From the NCBI GenBank assembly GCA_041178085.1, contig JBEGVZ010000085.1, positions 11,756 to 75,755 on the forward strand: a DNA stretch of 64,000 nt, in the 5' to 3' direction. The stretch comes from Pseudomonadota bacterium (GTDB taxonomy: Bacteria; Bdellovibrionota_B; Oligoflexia; Oligoflexales; RGVZ01). How positions within the stretch are numbered: position 1 is the stretch's first letter; every line of letters begins with the position of its first letter. Below, piece by piece: positions 1 to 9,336 of this stretch. Below the pieces are notes generated by a model. That model had not been told where the DNA came from and made no database searches. It saw only the letters and a program-made list of their open reading frames with translations. The position numbers were made by a program, and so were the translations under genes.

Positions 1-191
1 GGGCCTGAAACCCGGATTTCTCCCATATGGCTGACGTCAAAAATTCCGCATTTTTCCCGCACTGCCTTGTGTTCAGCCAGCACGCCAGCGTAGCTGACGG
101 GCATCATCCAGCCGCCAAATTCGATCAATTTCGCGCCAGCCGCCTTGTGGCGGTCAAAAAGTGGGGTCTTTCGTGCCTCGGTCTCTGCCAT
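1..191 (-). CDS. gcvT: Glycine cleavage system aminomethyltransferase GcvT, N-terminal fragment (gene continues past left edge)
   Basis: Reverse-strand translation from ATG at 191 gives [63 protein letters not shown]. This matches the conserved GcvT N-terminus (TPL..H...GA....F.GW.MP..Y....EH.AVR...G.FDVSHMG). It is absent from the ORF track because it is truncated. Confidence 0.85.
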   Translation of the reverse strand, partial: MAETEARKTPLFDRHKAAGAKLIEFGGWMMPVSYAGVLAEHKAVREKCGIFDVSHMGEIRVSG

Positions 192-316
192 GGGAACTCC
201 GCTGGTTGGTGTTGGACCGGAAACAGTCATCCGGCAGCCCCTCGAAAGTAGATTGCCCGGGGCCGCGCCGCCAAGGTGATTTTTCCGGTTCGGGGGCATG
301 AGGAAGCGGTGTTAGG

Positions 317-1084
317 ATGTTGGCCATGCTGGATTTGTCTGTTGTCATCATCACGCTTAATGAAGAAGCCAGGATTGGCCGCTGCCTGGAGAGCTTGCCT
401 GAGGGGGTCGAGGTCATCGTCCTTGACTCGGGTTCGACCGACAAGACCCGCGAGGTGGCCAGGTCTCTTGGTGCCAGGGTTCAAGAGCGGAGCTTTGACG
501 ATTATTCGAGCCAGAAAAATGCGGCTCTTGCCTTTGCCACCCGGTCGTGGGTTTTGTCGCTTGATGCAGACGAGGTATTGACCCCGCCCCTGTGCAGCGC
601 ACTGACCGCTTTTGTGCGGAGCGCATCGGCAGACCCCGAGGTCAGCGCGTTTCGTTTGCGACGGCAACTCGTTTTCATGGGTCGGGTCATGCGTTATGGG
701 AAGACCGTTGACCATCCAGTCCGTCTGATGCGCCGGGGCGCAGGTGCTTTCGCTTCCGAGATCCATGAAACCTTCAAGCCGTTGCGTGGTCGGACCGGTG
801 ATGCCGGGTTTTCTTCCGATTGCGTCATTCTTCATCACAGCTACGATAACCTGACGGACTACTTCGACAAGTTCAACCGCTACACCACGCGCATGGCAGC
901 GAGTCGCAAAAATCCTGCCGCATCCAGGTCGGGACTTCTTGTCCACGTACTTCGCCCGCACTTTGAGTTTGTCTCCCGGTATTTTTTTCGACTTGGTTTC
1001 CTTGATGGCTACCCTGGCTACTGTTATGCGCTCCTCAGCTCCCTTTATGCTTTTGTGAAATACGCGAAGGCCAACGAGCCATGA
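317..1084 (+). CDS. Glycosyltransferase family 2 (LPS-core type, KdtX/WaaE-like)
   Basis: GT-A signature at the N-terminus: LSVVIITLNEEARIGRCLESL, VIVLDSGSTDKT, LSLDADE (DxD). 255 aa. Divergent from gcvT. Confidence 0.8.
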   Translation: MLAMLDLSVVIITLNEEARIGRCLESLPEGVEVIVLDSGSTDKTREVARSLGARVQERSFDDYSSQKNAALAFATRSWVLSLDADEVLTPPLCSALTAFVRSASADPEVSAFRLRRQLVFMGRVMRYGKTVDHPVRLMRRGAGAFASEIHETFKPLRGRTGDAGFSSDCVILHHSYDNLTDYFDKFNRYTTRMAASRKNPAASRSGLLVHVLRPHFEFVSRYFFRLGFLDGYPGYCYALLSSLYAFVKYAKANEP

Positions 1085-1091
1085 TTCAAAC

Positions 1092-2225
1092 ATGATTGTT
1101 CATCTGGTTTCAAATCGCTGGAATTCGGCCATTGCCGAATATGCCGTACACTGTGCGCGGGCGATCGATCTCCTTGGCATTCCTCAGGTCTTTGCCGGCT
1201 TGAAAGGCACCGCCGCAGTGAGGCGTGTGGCGGCTGCGGGACTCAAAGGTTGCCAAGTCCATGAAGTGGATCGTTTTTCCCTGGCAAACCTTCCTGAAGT
1301 TGTGAAAGCCGTGCCGCCAGGAACGCAGCTGATTTTTGTCTATGGCGGCGCAGAGACTTTCCTCTCCAAGTGGATCAAGATGGCCCGCCCAGGGATCAAG
1401 GTGGTCCGCTTCCGTGGCGATGACCGCGATGCCAGCAAGGCCGCCTTCGATCTTCGCCAGCAATGGAGCCAGGGCCACGTGGACTTGTTCCTTTCGCCGT
1501 CTGAATTCCTGACCCGTAAATTGTCCGGTGATGGAGCCTTGCGCCAGTCAAACCGTGCCGCAGCAATGGCGGCCCTTGTGCGCACGGTAGAGCCAGGGAT
1601 CGATACCGAGCGCATTCACCGGCAGCCATCGTGTGATCCAGGACCCGGAGCCAGGCAGGATCTTGTGATCCTTGGGCGTCTGGATCCGGTCAAGGGTCAC
1701 GCCCGGTTCTTCCAGATTTTCAACAAGATGCTTCAGCTTCCAGGCGGAGAGGCCTTTCGTCTTCATGTGGTGGGCGAACCTGCCAATTTGTCCCTTGTCC
1801 ACCTTGAAGACGCCGCTCGCAGCGCGGGCCTTGTGTCCGGGTTCAACGTCCTTTTCACGACTGAGAGGCTGGAAGATATTTCCCGCCTGATGTCGTCGGC
1901 ATGCGCCGGGATCATATGCAGTGCAGGCTCAGAAATCATTTGCCGGGTCGCAGAGGAGTTTCTCGTTTGTGGAACCCCTCTTGTCGTATCAGGGGTTGGT
2001 TCGTTGGGTTCGATCCTTTCACTGGAAGACGGGATCAATTATGGGGGACTGCGCTCGCCTCAGGTCGAGGAAGCGGTGCTTGCTTTTTGCCAGCGCTCTG
2101 CACTTGAGGGGCGCGAGGTTCGTGATGCGCGGGCGGTGCGCGCGGTCGGCCGTTTTAGCCTGCAAACAATGTCGCGTGGACTTGACGCTGTGATTCGTGA
2201 GCTGACCGGCGTCGGCGTCACCTGA
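1092..2225 (+). CDS. Glycosyltransferase, GT-B fold (GT1/GT4-like)
   Basis: Starts 8 nt after the upstream GT2 stop, so probably the same operon. The C-terminal half has a GT-B donor-site pattern (LVILGRLDPVKGH ... EEFLVCGTPLVVSGVGS). Confidence 0.65.
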   Translation: MIVHLVSNRWNSAIAEYAVHCARAIDLLGIPQVFAGLKGTAAVRRVAAAGLKGCQVHEVDRFSLANLPEVVKAVPPGTQLIFVYGGAETFLSKWIKMARPGIKVVRFRGDDRDASKAAFDLRQQWSQGHVDLFLSPSEFLTRKLSGDGALRQSNRAAAMAALVRTVEPGIDTERIHRQPSCDPGPGARQDLVILGRLDPVKGHARFFQIFNKMLQLPGGEAFRLHVVGEPANLSLVHLEDAARSAGLVSGFNVLFTTERLEDISRLMSSACAGIICSAGSEIICRVAEEFLVCGTPLVVSGVGSLGSILSLEDGINYGGLRSPQVEEAVLAFCQRSALEGREVRDARAVRAVGRFSLQTMSRGLDAVIRELTGVGVT

Positions 2226-2365
2226 GCGTCAACTAAAATTGGCCTGATCTGCGATAAAACGCGCGCTATTTGCTTTTTCACCAATGCCTCTTGCCAGCGC
2301 CTCTTTCCAGCTTTGGCCTCATGGATTTGCCGCGAGGGCCGATGCATGAGGCAGGGAGTGGGAAA

Positions 2366-3064
2366 ATGCGCACGATTATAAGATACTTTCAGGTCTTTTT
2401 TTGCTCGCTGGCTGGAATGGCTTCGACGGCGTTTGGCCAGGGCGTTGAAAGCGGGCTCAAGACAATTTATTTCAACTCAGACTACGCCCTCACGACGCAC
2501 AAGAGCGAGCTCGTTGAGTCAAACGACACAGGTTCTTCCCTTCGCTATGCGGTTGGCTTCAACGTGGGCACGCAGAAAGAACTTGGGATTGTCCTTCAGA
2601 CCGAGTCGTCTGCCATCTCGTTTCTTTTGAACGATACAGCGGTTTCACTGCTTTACCGGGACACCCGGATCACCTACCGCCTGGGCTACTTTTATCTGGG
2701 CGCGGTGTCTGCTTATGCCGAGGCCTCAGCGACGGGAGCAGACGGCACAGAAATGTTTTCTGGCAGGGGAACTGGATTCGGTTACACGGCCGGGTTCTTT
2801 TATCCGGTTGGCAAGTCATTGATTCAGGTTGATGCGACTTCGGCGGCGATTTCGGATTTTCTCAACAAGGATGAGGCCGTCACGGTTGCGATGGGCTCCC
2901 GTATGGACATCGACATCTCCGGTCACATTCCTGTTTCGCGGCGTTACTTCACGCTGGATCTTGGTTACCGGCAAAGAACACAGCCGCTCACTTACCAAAG
3001 CACTGCTTACACGGAAACCATGCAGAAGACATACATTGGCTTCTCGATGGGCACGGACATGTGA
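2366..3064 (+). CDS. Secreted / outer-membrane hypothetical protein
   Basis: The ORF is open from 2270. ATG 2366 is preceded by GGGAGTGGGAAA and yields a signal peptide, MRTIIRYFQVFFCSLAGMASTAFG/QG. The rest is Y/G/T-rich with an alternating pattern compatible with a small beta-barrel. Confidence 0.55.
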   Translation: MRTIIRYFQVFFCSLAGMASTAFGQGVESGLKTIYFNSDYALTTHKSELVESNDTGSSLRYAVGFNVGTQKELGIVLQTESSAISFLLNDTAVSLLYRDTRITYRLGYFYLGAVSAYAEASATGADGTEMFSGRGTGFGYTAGFFYPVGKSLIQVDATSAAISDFLNKDEAVTVAMGSRMDIDISGHIPVSRRYFTLDLGYRQRTQPLTYQSTAYTETMQKTYIGFSMGTDM

Positions 3065-3087
3065 TCCGTCGGTGACGGAGCCGCGTC

Positions 3088-5439
3088 TCAGGCAGACGGC
3101 CCTAGCCAGCGCCTGGGTTTTGCTCCGTCCGCTTTGGCAACCAGGCCACATCTTTCCATGTGTTCGACCATGCGCGCTGCACGGTTATAGCCGATCTTCA
3201 GGTGGCGTTGCAGGAAGGACGCACTGACAACCCCGTGACTGCGCGCAAGCTGCATCGCATCGGTGTATTTCGGATCCTCCTCGCTATCCATCTCACCTGC
3301 CCCGGAGCCGTCATCACCCGTACGCTCCTTTTGCAGCTCAGCGTCAATCCACCCCATGATGGAGTCGTCATAGGCGGCAAGTCCTGAGCTCTTGATGGTG
3401 GCGACGAGGCTCAGCACCTCCTCGTCACTGACGAGTGCCCCCTGGATGCGCTCCAGTCGTCCTGAACCCGGGCGTTGGAACAGCATGTCGCCGCGCCCGA
3501 GCAGTTTTTCTGCTCCGACCTGGTCAAGGATCGTACGGCTGTCATGCTTGGATACGACCTGAAAAGAAAGCCTGCACGGAAGGTTTGCCTTGATCACCCC
3601 GGTGATGATGTCGACCGATGGTCTTTGCGTCGCCAGCACCATATGGATTCCGCTGGCGCGGGCTTTTTGAGCCAGGCGCTGGATGGAAGATTCAACGTCC
3701 TTCGGCGCAGTCAACATCAAGTCGGCGAGCTCGTCGATCACGAGCAGAATATAGGGAAGACGCCCGGCAGTTTCTGTTCCAGCGGCAAGGCGCAGCTCTT
3801 GGCGTCGTGATTCGCTTGCCTGGTCCCAGAAGGCGTTGAACCCGGCGATGTTGCGCACACTGGCAAACTGCATGAGCCGGTAGCGTCGTTCCATTTCGGC
3901 CGCCGCCCATTTAAGCGCGTGGGAGGCACGGTCCGGTTCTGTGATCACGGGCATCAAAAGGTGCGGAATTCCTTCATAAACCGAAAGCTCGAGCATCTTC
4001 GGGTCAACGAGGATCATCCGCACGTCCTCTGGCGCCGCTTTCATGACAATGCTGCAAATCAATGAGTTGATGGCGACGCTTTTTCCAGCTCCCGTTGCAC
4101 CGGCCATGAGCAGGTGTGGCATGGAGGTCAGATCTGCGCAGACGGGATTTCCACTGAGGGATTTTCCCATGGCAAAGACAAGGGGACTTGCCTGGTTGCG
4201 AAACGCATCCGAGTTGATCAAGTCACCCAGATAAACAGTCTCCCGCCTGGTATTGGGAACCTGTACGCCAAGGGCTCTTTTTCCGGGCACAGGGTTGATG
4301 AAGATCGAATCTACCTTGAGGGACAAGGCTAGATCATCGATGAGTCCGAGAATGCGGGATTGCTTGACCCCGGCGTCGGGCTGGAATTCAAAGACCGTGA
4401 CGACGGGACCCGGCTGGTAGCCGATGACTTTGCCCGTCACGCCAAAATCAGCGAAGGTCTTCACCAGCAAAGCCGCTGTCTGATCGATGTCCTTCTGGCC
4501 AGGTGGGGCTACGGGTGATGGATTTCTTGCAGCTGACTGAAAAATTTCCGTTGAAGGGATGATATAAGGTGCCTGGCGTAGGCTGACGGCAGCGTGGGTT
4601 TCTTCGTCGGCCTCTTCTCCAGGCAAAGCCTCGTTGGATGCTTCGTAAAGATTGTCTGATTCTTCTTCCATTGAAGCGACGACATAATCTTCGACCTGGA
4701 TGGATTCCGGCTCGTGGTGAATGGCAGCGGGCTCAATGCCCGTCATGGGTATTGATGTCGAAGACCTTTCGGGGATGCTTGTTTCGTTGCTGCCACGCCT
4801 GGTTGTGAGAAGGCCTTTGCCTGCGCGGAAAAGGAATGCCCGTCCGGTGATCAGTGCGCCAGCGGCGAGGGCCAGCACGCCACATGATAGCCAAACACCC
4901 GCCTGGCCAAGGGCAGCGCGTGCCCCCCCGGAAATGGATGTTCCAAGGTAACCTCCGGCAGGAAGCGGTACGCCACGCCACGTCACATCTCCGATTGCGG
5001 ATGCCAGTGACGTGCAGCACACGGTCAGAAGAAGCAGGAAACCAACATTTGTGGCCACGCCGCTGACGTTTAGGAAGGTTCTTTTGACGGCATTAAACTC
5101 CCCGTCTGTTTGCCGGTGTTGCCAGGCCGACCAGCCGGTTATTGCGACAAAAAGCGGAACCAGAAGGGAACCAGCCCCGAAGAAGAAAACGAGCATTTGG
5201 GCGATCATTGCGCCAACCGTTCCCGCAGGATTTGAAACATCCATCGAAGGAGGCCACGAGGCGGCGAAGTAGGCAGTGTCTCTGGGGTTGAAGCCGACAA
5301 GGGCCACAGTCAGGAAGACAGCGCCACCAGCAGTCAGCAGGAACGTTACATCGCCGAGGACCGGGCTGCCGGCAGCGGCCCGGAGGTTTGCGAAGAGTTT
5401 TTGGCGGAGGCTCGCAGTGGTTGCGCTCATGAGGGCCAC
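3088..5439 (-). CDS. ftsK: DNA translocase FtsK
   Basis: N-terminal TM helices and an acidic/Pro-rich linker. Motor domain with Walker A GATGAGKS and Walker B LLVIDELADL. C-terminal gamma winged helix (SASFLQRHLKIGYNRAARMVE). Confidence 0.95.
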   Translation of the reverse strand: MALMSATTASLRQKLFANLRAAAGSPVLGDVTFLLTAGGAVFLTVALVGFNPRDTAYFAASWPPSMDVSNPAGTVGAMIAQMLVFFFGAGSLLVPLFVAITGWSAWQHRQTDGEFNAVKRTFLNVSGVATNVGFLLLLTVCCTSLASAIGDVTWRGVPLPAGGYLGTSISGGARAALGQAGVWLSCGVLALAAGALITGRAFLFRAGKGLLTTRRGSNETSIPERSSTSIPMTGIEPAAIHHEPESIQVEDYVVASMEEESDNLYEASNEALPGEEADEETHAAVSLRQAPYIIPSTEIFQSAARNPSPVAPPGQKDIDQTAALLVKTFADFGVTGKVIGYQPGPVVTVFEFQPDAGVKQSRILGLIDDLALSLKVDSIFINPVPGKRALGVQVPNTRRETVYLGDLINSDAFRNQASPLVFAMGKSLSGNPVCADLTSMPHLLMAGATGAGKSVAINSLICSIVMKAAPEDVRMILVDPKMLELSVYEGIPHLLMPVITEPDRASHALKWAAAEMERRYRLMQFASVRNIAGFNAFWDQASESRRQELRLAAGTETAGRLPYILLVIDELADLMLTAPKDVESSIQRLAQKARASGIHMVLATQRPSVDIITGVIKANLPCRLSFQVVSKHDSRTILDQVGAEKLLGRGDMLFQRPGSGRLERIQGALVSDEEVLSLVATIKSSGLAAYDDSIMGWIDAELQKERTGDDGSGAGEMDSEEDPKYTDAMQLARSHGVVSASFLQRHLKIGYNRAARMVEHMERCGLVAKADGAKPRRWLGPSA

Positions 5440-5516
5440 TCCTTTGACCAGTGACCTTCAATTATAGCGCGCGCGGGGCTGATACCCAAAAAAGGAACGC
5501 GGGAACTGCGCTCCTT

Positions 5517-5867
5517 TCAGTTCAGGTGGCGCCGCAGGGCAGAACCCCAGAGTTGCAGTCCGCACTGGTAAACCAGAAACAAGGACACTTTTTGCTCAAG
5601 GTCCATCATCGCAAGGCGGGAGCGGATGGCGGGAACGCTGTTAAGGCGCAGAAGGGCCATGGCGTGGCCTTCCACATCGGGGAAAGACCTGTCGGCGGCC
5701 TGATTGCGGAGCAGACGATTGATGTCTGCAATTTCACTTTCATCAAAAAGAATGTGATTGCCGCGGATTCCTTCCTCGTAAATGACATGCCATACGTGAG
5801 GCACCCATTCAAATCCGTTTGGGGTAGCCACCAGCCGGTCCAATGCTGCACGGTAATCAAGAGCCAT
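5517..5867 (-). CDS. Hypothetical protein (116 aa), immediately upstream of ftsK
   Basis: AAGGA lies about 10 nt upstream of the ATG. The residue composition is more protein-like than the overlapping + strand ORF 5451..5876. No family recognised. Confidence 0.45.
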   Translation of the reverse strand: MALDYRAALDRLVATPNGFEWVPHVWHVIYEEGIRGNHILFDESEIADINRLLRNQAADRSFPDVEGHAMALLRLNSVPAIRSRLAMMDLEQKVSLFLVYQCGLQLWGSALRRHLN

Positions 5868-6132
5868 AACGGTTAGTCCTTTTCAGCGTCCGCAGGGAAA
5901 GCCCAACATCCACGGGACAGACCTTGCAACCATCCCGCCAGTTGGAGGCCGCCTGCGCAGTCCGGCGGGGCCCCCTGGGCAGAACTCCAAGTTCCCGCAA
6001 TTAAACAACTATTTGTTTCTCTGTGCGGACCAGGCCGCCATGTTAGCCAACCCAGGTGGCAAGAGGACCTGCCCGGTGTCAGGATCTTTGACACAGCAGA
6101 CAGCCATGGGCGGTCATTCAGGAAAGGGTCTT

Positions 6133-7164
6133 CTAGAACAGGGTTGGCTGGTCGTTCTGGAAAAGTGGACGGACCTTTGGGCAGACGGACTTCATTTCTT
6201 CTACGTATCGCTTGGCGTAGGGGCCAGTGAAATAGAGTTCACGTGGCGCGACGGCGGCGATTACCTCACGCAGTTCAACTCCGTCACAGGCATGACTGAA
6301 ATAAAAGCGCTCGACTGTCCTGCGCAGTGCGGGCGGAAGGTAACTTTCCCCCGCAGTTTGCTCGATCAAAAAGACTGGTCCTTCGGGAAGCTTCGACCGG
6401 AAGTGCCCAGGCTTGGTTGGTGCCGGCCAGATCACGGGCTTTTGGTTTCGCTGGGAGCCCCGCGCCGAGTACAGCGAGTATTTGCCAAGGGGAGATCCGC
6501 AGGTTTCGTAGACTTTGTGGATCTTGTAGATGACGGGATGTACCGCAACCGCCACCCCTTCGTCTGAAAGGATCTTTGTCAGCTCCTGGGCAACAGCCGT
6601 GGGCCGGCACAGGATGGTCGGAGTCAGTCCTTTTGACACAGCGGACTTTACGGCGTCGACAAAACGGTCGCGCTCTTTTTTACGGTTCGGCAGTGCCTGG
6701 TTCGGGTCGGGATGATAAGCATTCAGGATAAGCGTGTGGGCTTTTTTCAGCTGCATCTGCCTGACGGTTCCGCTTTTCTGTGTTTGCAGAAACGGTGCAT
6801 AAAGCAGGCGCCCTTGCTCAGTCTCAACATAAAGTGAAGCGCCGCCGAGGATTCCGCCCGACGGCAGAAGCTCCATGCGCAGACGTCCGATCGAAAACGG
6901 CCGGTTGTACTGACAAACCAGTGCGTTTGGTTTTTGCGGGCCACTTCTTTGCGCCGCCATCAGCTTCAGCGTCTCTTCAGTGGCAATGATTTGCGGGACT
7001 TTTACTTTTGACGGGACGTCGGCAGAGGAAACAAATGACAGTTGACCGTTGGTCTGGGAGTCAAACCATAAAATAGAGTTCGCCAGATGAATCCCGTCAT
7101 CGGTGGAACGGATGGGGATGGACCCCGTCTTCGAACCCTGGGTTGGAACTTTGGCCGTAGACAT
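6133..7164 (-). CDS. MBL-fold / beta-CASP-like protein with degenerate metal-binding motifs
   Basis: Colinear with about 340-aa beta-CASP exonucleases. SILWFDS sits where motif 1 is expected and SFVSSADVPS where HxHxDH is expected. LLPSGGILGGASLYVE replaces 'HPAGHILGSA', and RLLYAPF replaces 'vSGD'. The C-terminal FSHACDG...FTGPY resembles 'SGHAD...HGE'. Confidence 0.6.
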   Translation of the reverse strand: MSTAKVPTQGSKTGSIPIRSTDDGIHLANSILWFDSQTNGQLSFVSSADVPSKVKVPQIIATEETLKLMAAQRSGPQKPNALVCQYNRPFSIGRLRMELLPSGGILGGASLYVETEQGRLLYAPFLQTQKSGTVRQMQLKKAHTLILNAYHPDPNQALPNRKKERDRFVDAVKSAVSKGLTPTILCRPTAVAQELTKILSDEGVAVAVHPVIYKIHKVYETCGSPLGKYSLYSARGSQRNQKPVIWPAPTKPGHFRSKLPEGPVFLIEQTAGESYLPPALRRTVERFYFSHACDGVELREVIAAVAPRELYFTGPYAKRYVEEMKSVCPKVRPLFQNDQPTLF

Positions 7165-7250
7165 GTCCTGAAAACTATGTCAGCCGGATCAGGCTTGGTC
7201 AAGAACTCACAACCAATGGAATCAACCGGAAAATTGCCAGGTTCCGCCGG

Positions 7251-7442
7251 TCAGCGCCGGTTCTCAACGGCCTTGGGGTTGGCGTATCTTGAATGATAGG
7301 TAAGGTTCCAATAAAACTCATCAAATCCGGAAATACCAGCGGTCGACCCGCCATTCAGTTCCCGGTAGAGGTCGACATAGGCCGCGTACTGCTTTCGCAG
7401 GTACTCAAAAAAAACTCTTTGGTTGTCGTAGGTTACTCCCAC
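7251..7442 (-). CDS. Small hypothetical protein (63 aa, GTG start)
   Basis: GGGGGGAGAGG lies directly upstream of the GTG. Same strand as, and 86 nt upstream of, the MBL-like gene. Tyr-rich sequence with no recognised family. Confidence 0.3.
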   Translation of the reverse strand: MGVTYDNQRVFFEYLRKQYAAYVDLYRELNGGSTAGISGFDEFYWNLTYHSRYANPKAVENRR

Positions 7443-7522
7443 ACCTCTCCCCCCTCTCCAGTTGTTCGGCAGATGACGGTAAAAGTTGAGGCCCGCGCCC
7501 TTCGCGGGTAAATTGCCGGGCT

Positions 7523-8248
7523 ATGAGCCTGATTTTTGGAGCAATTGCTGGGGGTATCTTGATCGCGCTGGTGCTGATGTCGACCGGAATCGACCAGGCC
7601 GGCCGGCACCGGGCCATGACCTACCGGTCACGCCGGAGCCGCCTGATCGAACGGATGGAGGCGCTGCACCGCCGGCTCGCCGCTTTGGCCGCCCGTTTTG
7701 AAAAAGGTGACCGGTTGGAAGGGTCCATGGTGCGTGACCTGGAAAAACTGGTCGGCAGTTTCGAAACCATCGTGACGGCCTTCTCCCGCATCCCGGCGTT
7801 CGGCACGGACGCCAGCCTGCTGGATTCCGCAGATTTTCTGGTCAAAGACTGCGAAGAGCGCTTGCGGCAGATGGAGATCCAGGGCGGCTTGCGGTCAAGA
7901 GCCGTGATCACGCGGGTTGCACAATTACTAGCCAGTAGCCTGTCCGGTCAGCGACGACCAGGGGAGCGGCCACCTCGCGGGTGCTATTTTTGTTCCCGCC
8001 CCTTTCACGAAGACTTGCAGGGGTTCAGCCAGGTTCGTGTGCGGGTCGAACGCGACACGCTCGATGTTTTCTCATGTGCGGGATGCAAGGATCGCCTTGA
8101 GGAGACCAAGAAAATCAAAGTACTGTACTTCCTCAACGAAGGTCGTCCCCAGCACTGGTCGCAGGTTGCCGGCTATGTGCCCTCAGAAGCCTACTGGAAC
8201 TTGAACCGCCACCGTTTGCAGCTGGTGGAGACCGAAGACGAAACGTGA
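7523..8248 (+). CDS. N-terminally membrane-anchored protein with C-terminal CxxC...CxxC zinc-ribbon
   Basis: TM helix [21 protein letters not shown] is followed by an Arg-rich helical region. The C-terminus has [10 protein letters not shown]...[10 protein letters not shown]. Confidence 0.55.
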   Translation: MSLIFGAIAGGILIALVLMSTGIDQAGRHRAMTYRSRRSRLIERMEALHRRLAALAARFEKGDRLEGSMVRDLEKLVGSFETIVTAFSRIPAFGTDASLLDSADFLVKDCEERLRQMEIQGGLRSRAVITRVAQLLASSLSGQRRPGERPPRGCYFCSRPFHEDLQGFSQVRVRVERDTLDVFSCAGCKDRLEETKKIKVLYFLNEGRPQHWSQVAGYVPSEAYWNLNRHRLQLVETEDET

Positions 8249-8318
8249 ATTTTCCGGAAGAATTTGCAGCAAAGAATTTTCAGGCCCTGAACTTTTAAAT
8301 TGGAATGGAGTGGTCCCG

Positions 8319-9308
8319 ATGAGCAAGAAGCCAGTTCGTGTTGCAGTAACAGGTGCCGCAGGCCAGATCGGCTACAGTTTGCTTTTCCGTATCGCCTCGG
8401 GCGAAGTGTTCGGCCACGACACCCCCGTTGAATTGTCTCTGCTCGAACTTCCGGTTGCCATCAAGGGTGCTGAAGGCACCGCCATGGAACTTGAGGACTG
8501 CGCCTTCCCGACCCTCAGCAAGATCAACATTTACGACAACGCAGATGCAGCTTTTGACGGCGTCAACTGGGCGCTTCTCGTTGGTTCCAAACCGCGTGGC
8601 CCTGGCATGGAGCGCAATGACCTGATTCGGGACAACGGCCCGATTTTTGTCGGCCAGGGGAAAGCCCTCAATCGCGCAGCCAGCGACGTGCGCGCAGTGG
8701 TTGTCGGAAACCCATGCAACACCAACGCCCTGATCGCTCTGCACAACTGCCGCGAAGTTCCGGCAATTCGCTTTTCGGCGATGACCATGCTGGACGAAAA
8801 CCGCGCCAAGGCGATGATCGCCAAGAAAGCGGGAGCCGGTGTGGGAGACGTTAAAAACCTTGCCGTCTGGGGCAATCATTCAAGCACGATGTATCCCGAC
8901 TTTGAGCACGCCACGGTCGGTGGCAAGACGGTTGAGCAGGCTTGCGGCAGAAGCTGGCTTGAAAATGACTTCATGGTCGGTGTTCAAAAGCGCGGCGCAG
9001 CCATCATTGCCGCCCGCGGTAAATCCTCGGCGGCGTCAGCAGCTTCGTCTTGCATCGACCACATGAAGCGGTTCATGGAAAAGACTCCGACCGGACAGTG
9101 GTTCTCGGCGGCGGTGCCTAGCGACGGCAACAGCTACGGCGTGCCGGCGGGCCTCATGTTCTCATTCCCGATTCGTTCTCACGGTGATGGCAAGTACGAG
9201 ATCGTCCAGGGAGTGTCCGTTTCCGCCTATGCGAAGAAAAAAATCGAGGAAACCACCAAGGAACTCCTTGATGAGCGTGAAGTGGTGAAAGAATTGCTGG
9301 TCCGCTGA
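8319..9308 (+). CDS. mdh: Malate dehydrogenase (NAD-dependent, LDH/MDH family type 2)
   Basis: Rossmann motif [21 protein letters not shown]; [15 protein letters not shown]; [14 protein letters not shown] 8319 follows a GGAATGGAG RBS; the track start at 8310 is a GTG three codons upstream. Confidence 0.93.
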   Translation: MSKKPVRVAVTGAAGQIGYSLLFRIASGEVFGHDTPVELSLLELPVAIKGAEGTAMELEDCAFPTLSKINIYDNADAAFDGVNWALLVGSKPRGPGMERNDLIRDNGPIFVGQGKALNRAASDVRAVVVGNPCNTNALIALHNCREVPAIRFSAMTMLDENRAKAMIAKKAGAGVGDVKNLAVWGNHSSTMYPDFEHATVGGKTVEQACGRSWLENDFMVGVQKRGAAIIAARGKSSAASAASSCIDHMKRFMEKTPTGQWFSAAVPSDGNSYGVPAGLMFSFPIRSHGDGKYEIVQGVSVSAYAKKKIEETTKELLDEREVVKELLVR

Positions 9309-9317
9309 GCGGACCAG
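9297..9317 (+). terminator. Perfect 9-bp hairpin spanning the mdh stop codon (possible attenuator or weak terminator)
   Basis: CTGGTCCGC-TGA-GCGGACCAG, followed by TTGTCT. There is no strong U-tract, and htpX starts 20 nt later. Confidence 0.35.
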
Positions 9318-9336
9318 TTGTCTAGGGGGGACTATC

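Noticed and set aside
192-316. Glycine riboswitch expected upstream of gcvT.
   Set aside because: I read the minus-strand leader (…ATCACCTTGGCGGCGCGGCCCCGGGCAATCTACTTTCGAGGGGCTGCCGG…). The conserved cores (GGAGAG, ACCGAAGGGGCAA, CUCAGGCAAAAGGAC) are not present. The 125-nt region must also hold the divergent GT2 promoter.
227-1093. Long antisense ORFs in the track. Examples: 227..1093(-), 8295..8879(-), 10762..11352(-), 20169..20801(-), 27548..28216(-), 28229..28879(-), 35203..36612(-), 40631..41320(-), 42391..43215(+), 44683..45354(-), 45557..46261(-), 47958..48503(+), 48556..49089(+), 56042..57031(+), 59019..59957(+), 62114..62779(-).
   Set aside because: Each lies opposite a gene with clear family motifs. 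Their translations are Arg/Gly/Pro/Trp-rich with no motifs. These are typical shadow frames of GC-rich coding DNA.
5451-5876. Plus-strand 141-aa ORF as the real gene in this interval.
   Set aside because: It has no RBS and an odd composition. It is fully overlapped by the minus-strand 116-aa ORF, which has an AAGGA RBS and sits in the same-strand string with ftsK. Both remain low confidence.
6040-6110. Possible SRP (4.5S) RNA because of ...GGTGTCAGGATCTTTGACACAGCAGACAGCC...
   Set aside because: It shares GUCAGG and AGCAG with SRP domain IV. It lacks the GGAA (GNRA) tetraloop and the UCC/GGA closing helix. The local fold is a simple GTGTCA/TGACAC hairpin.
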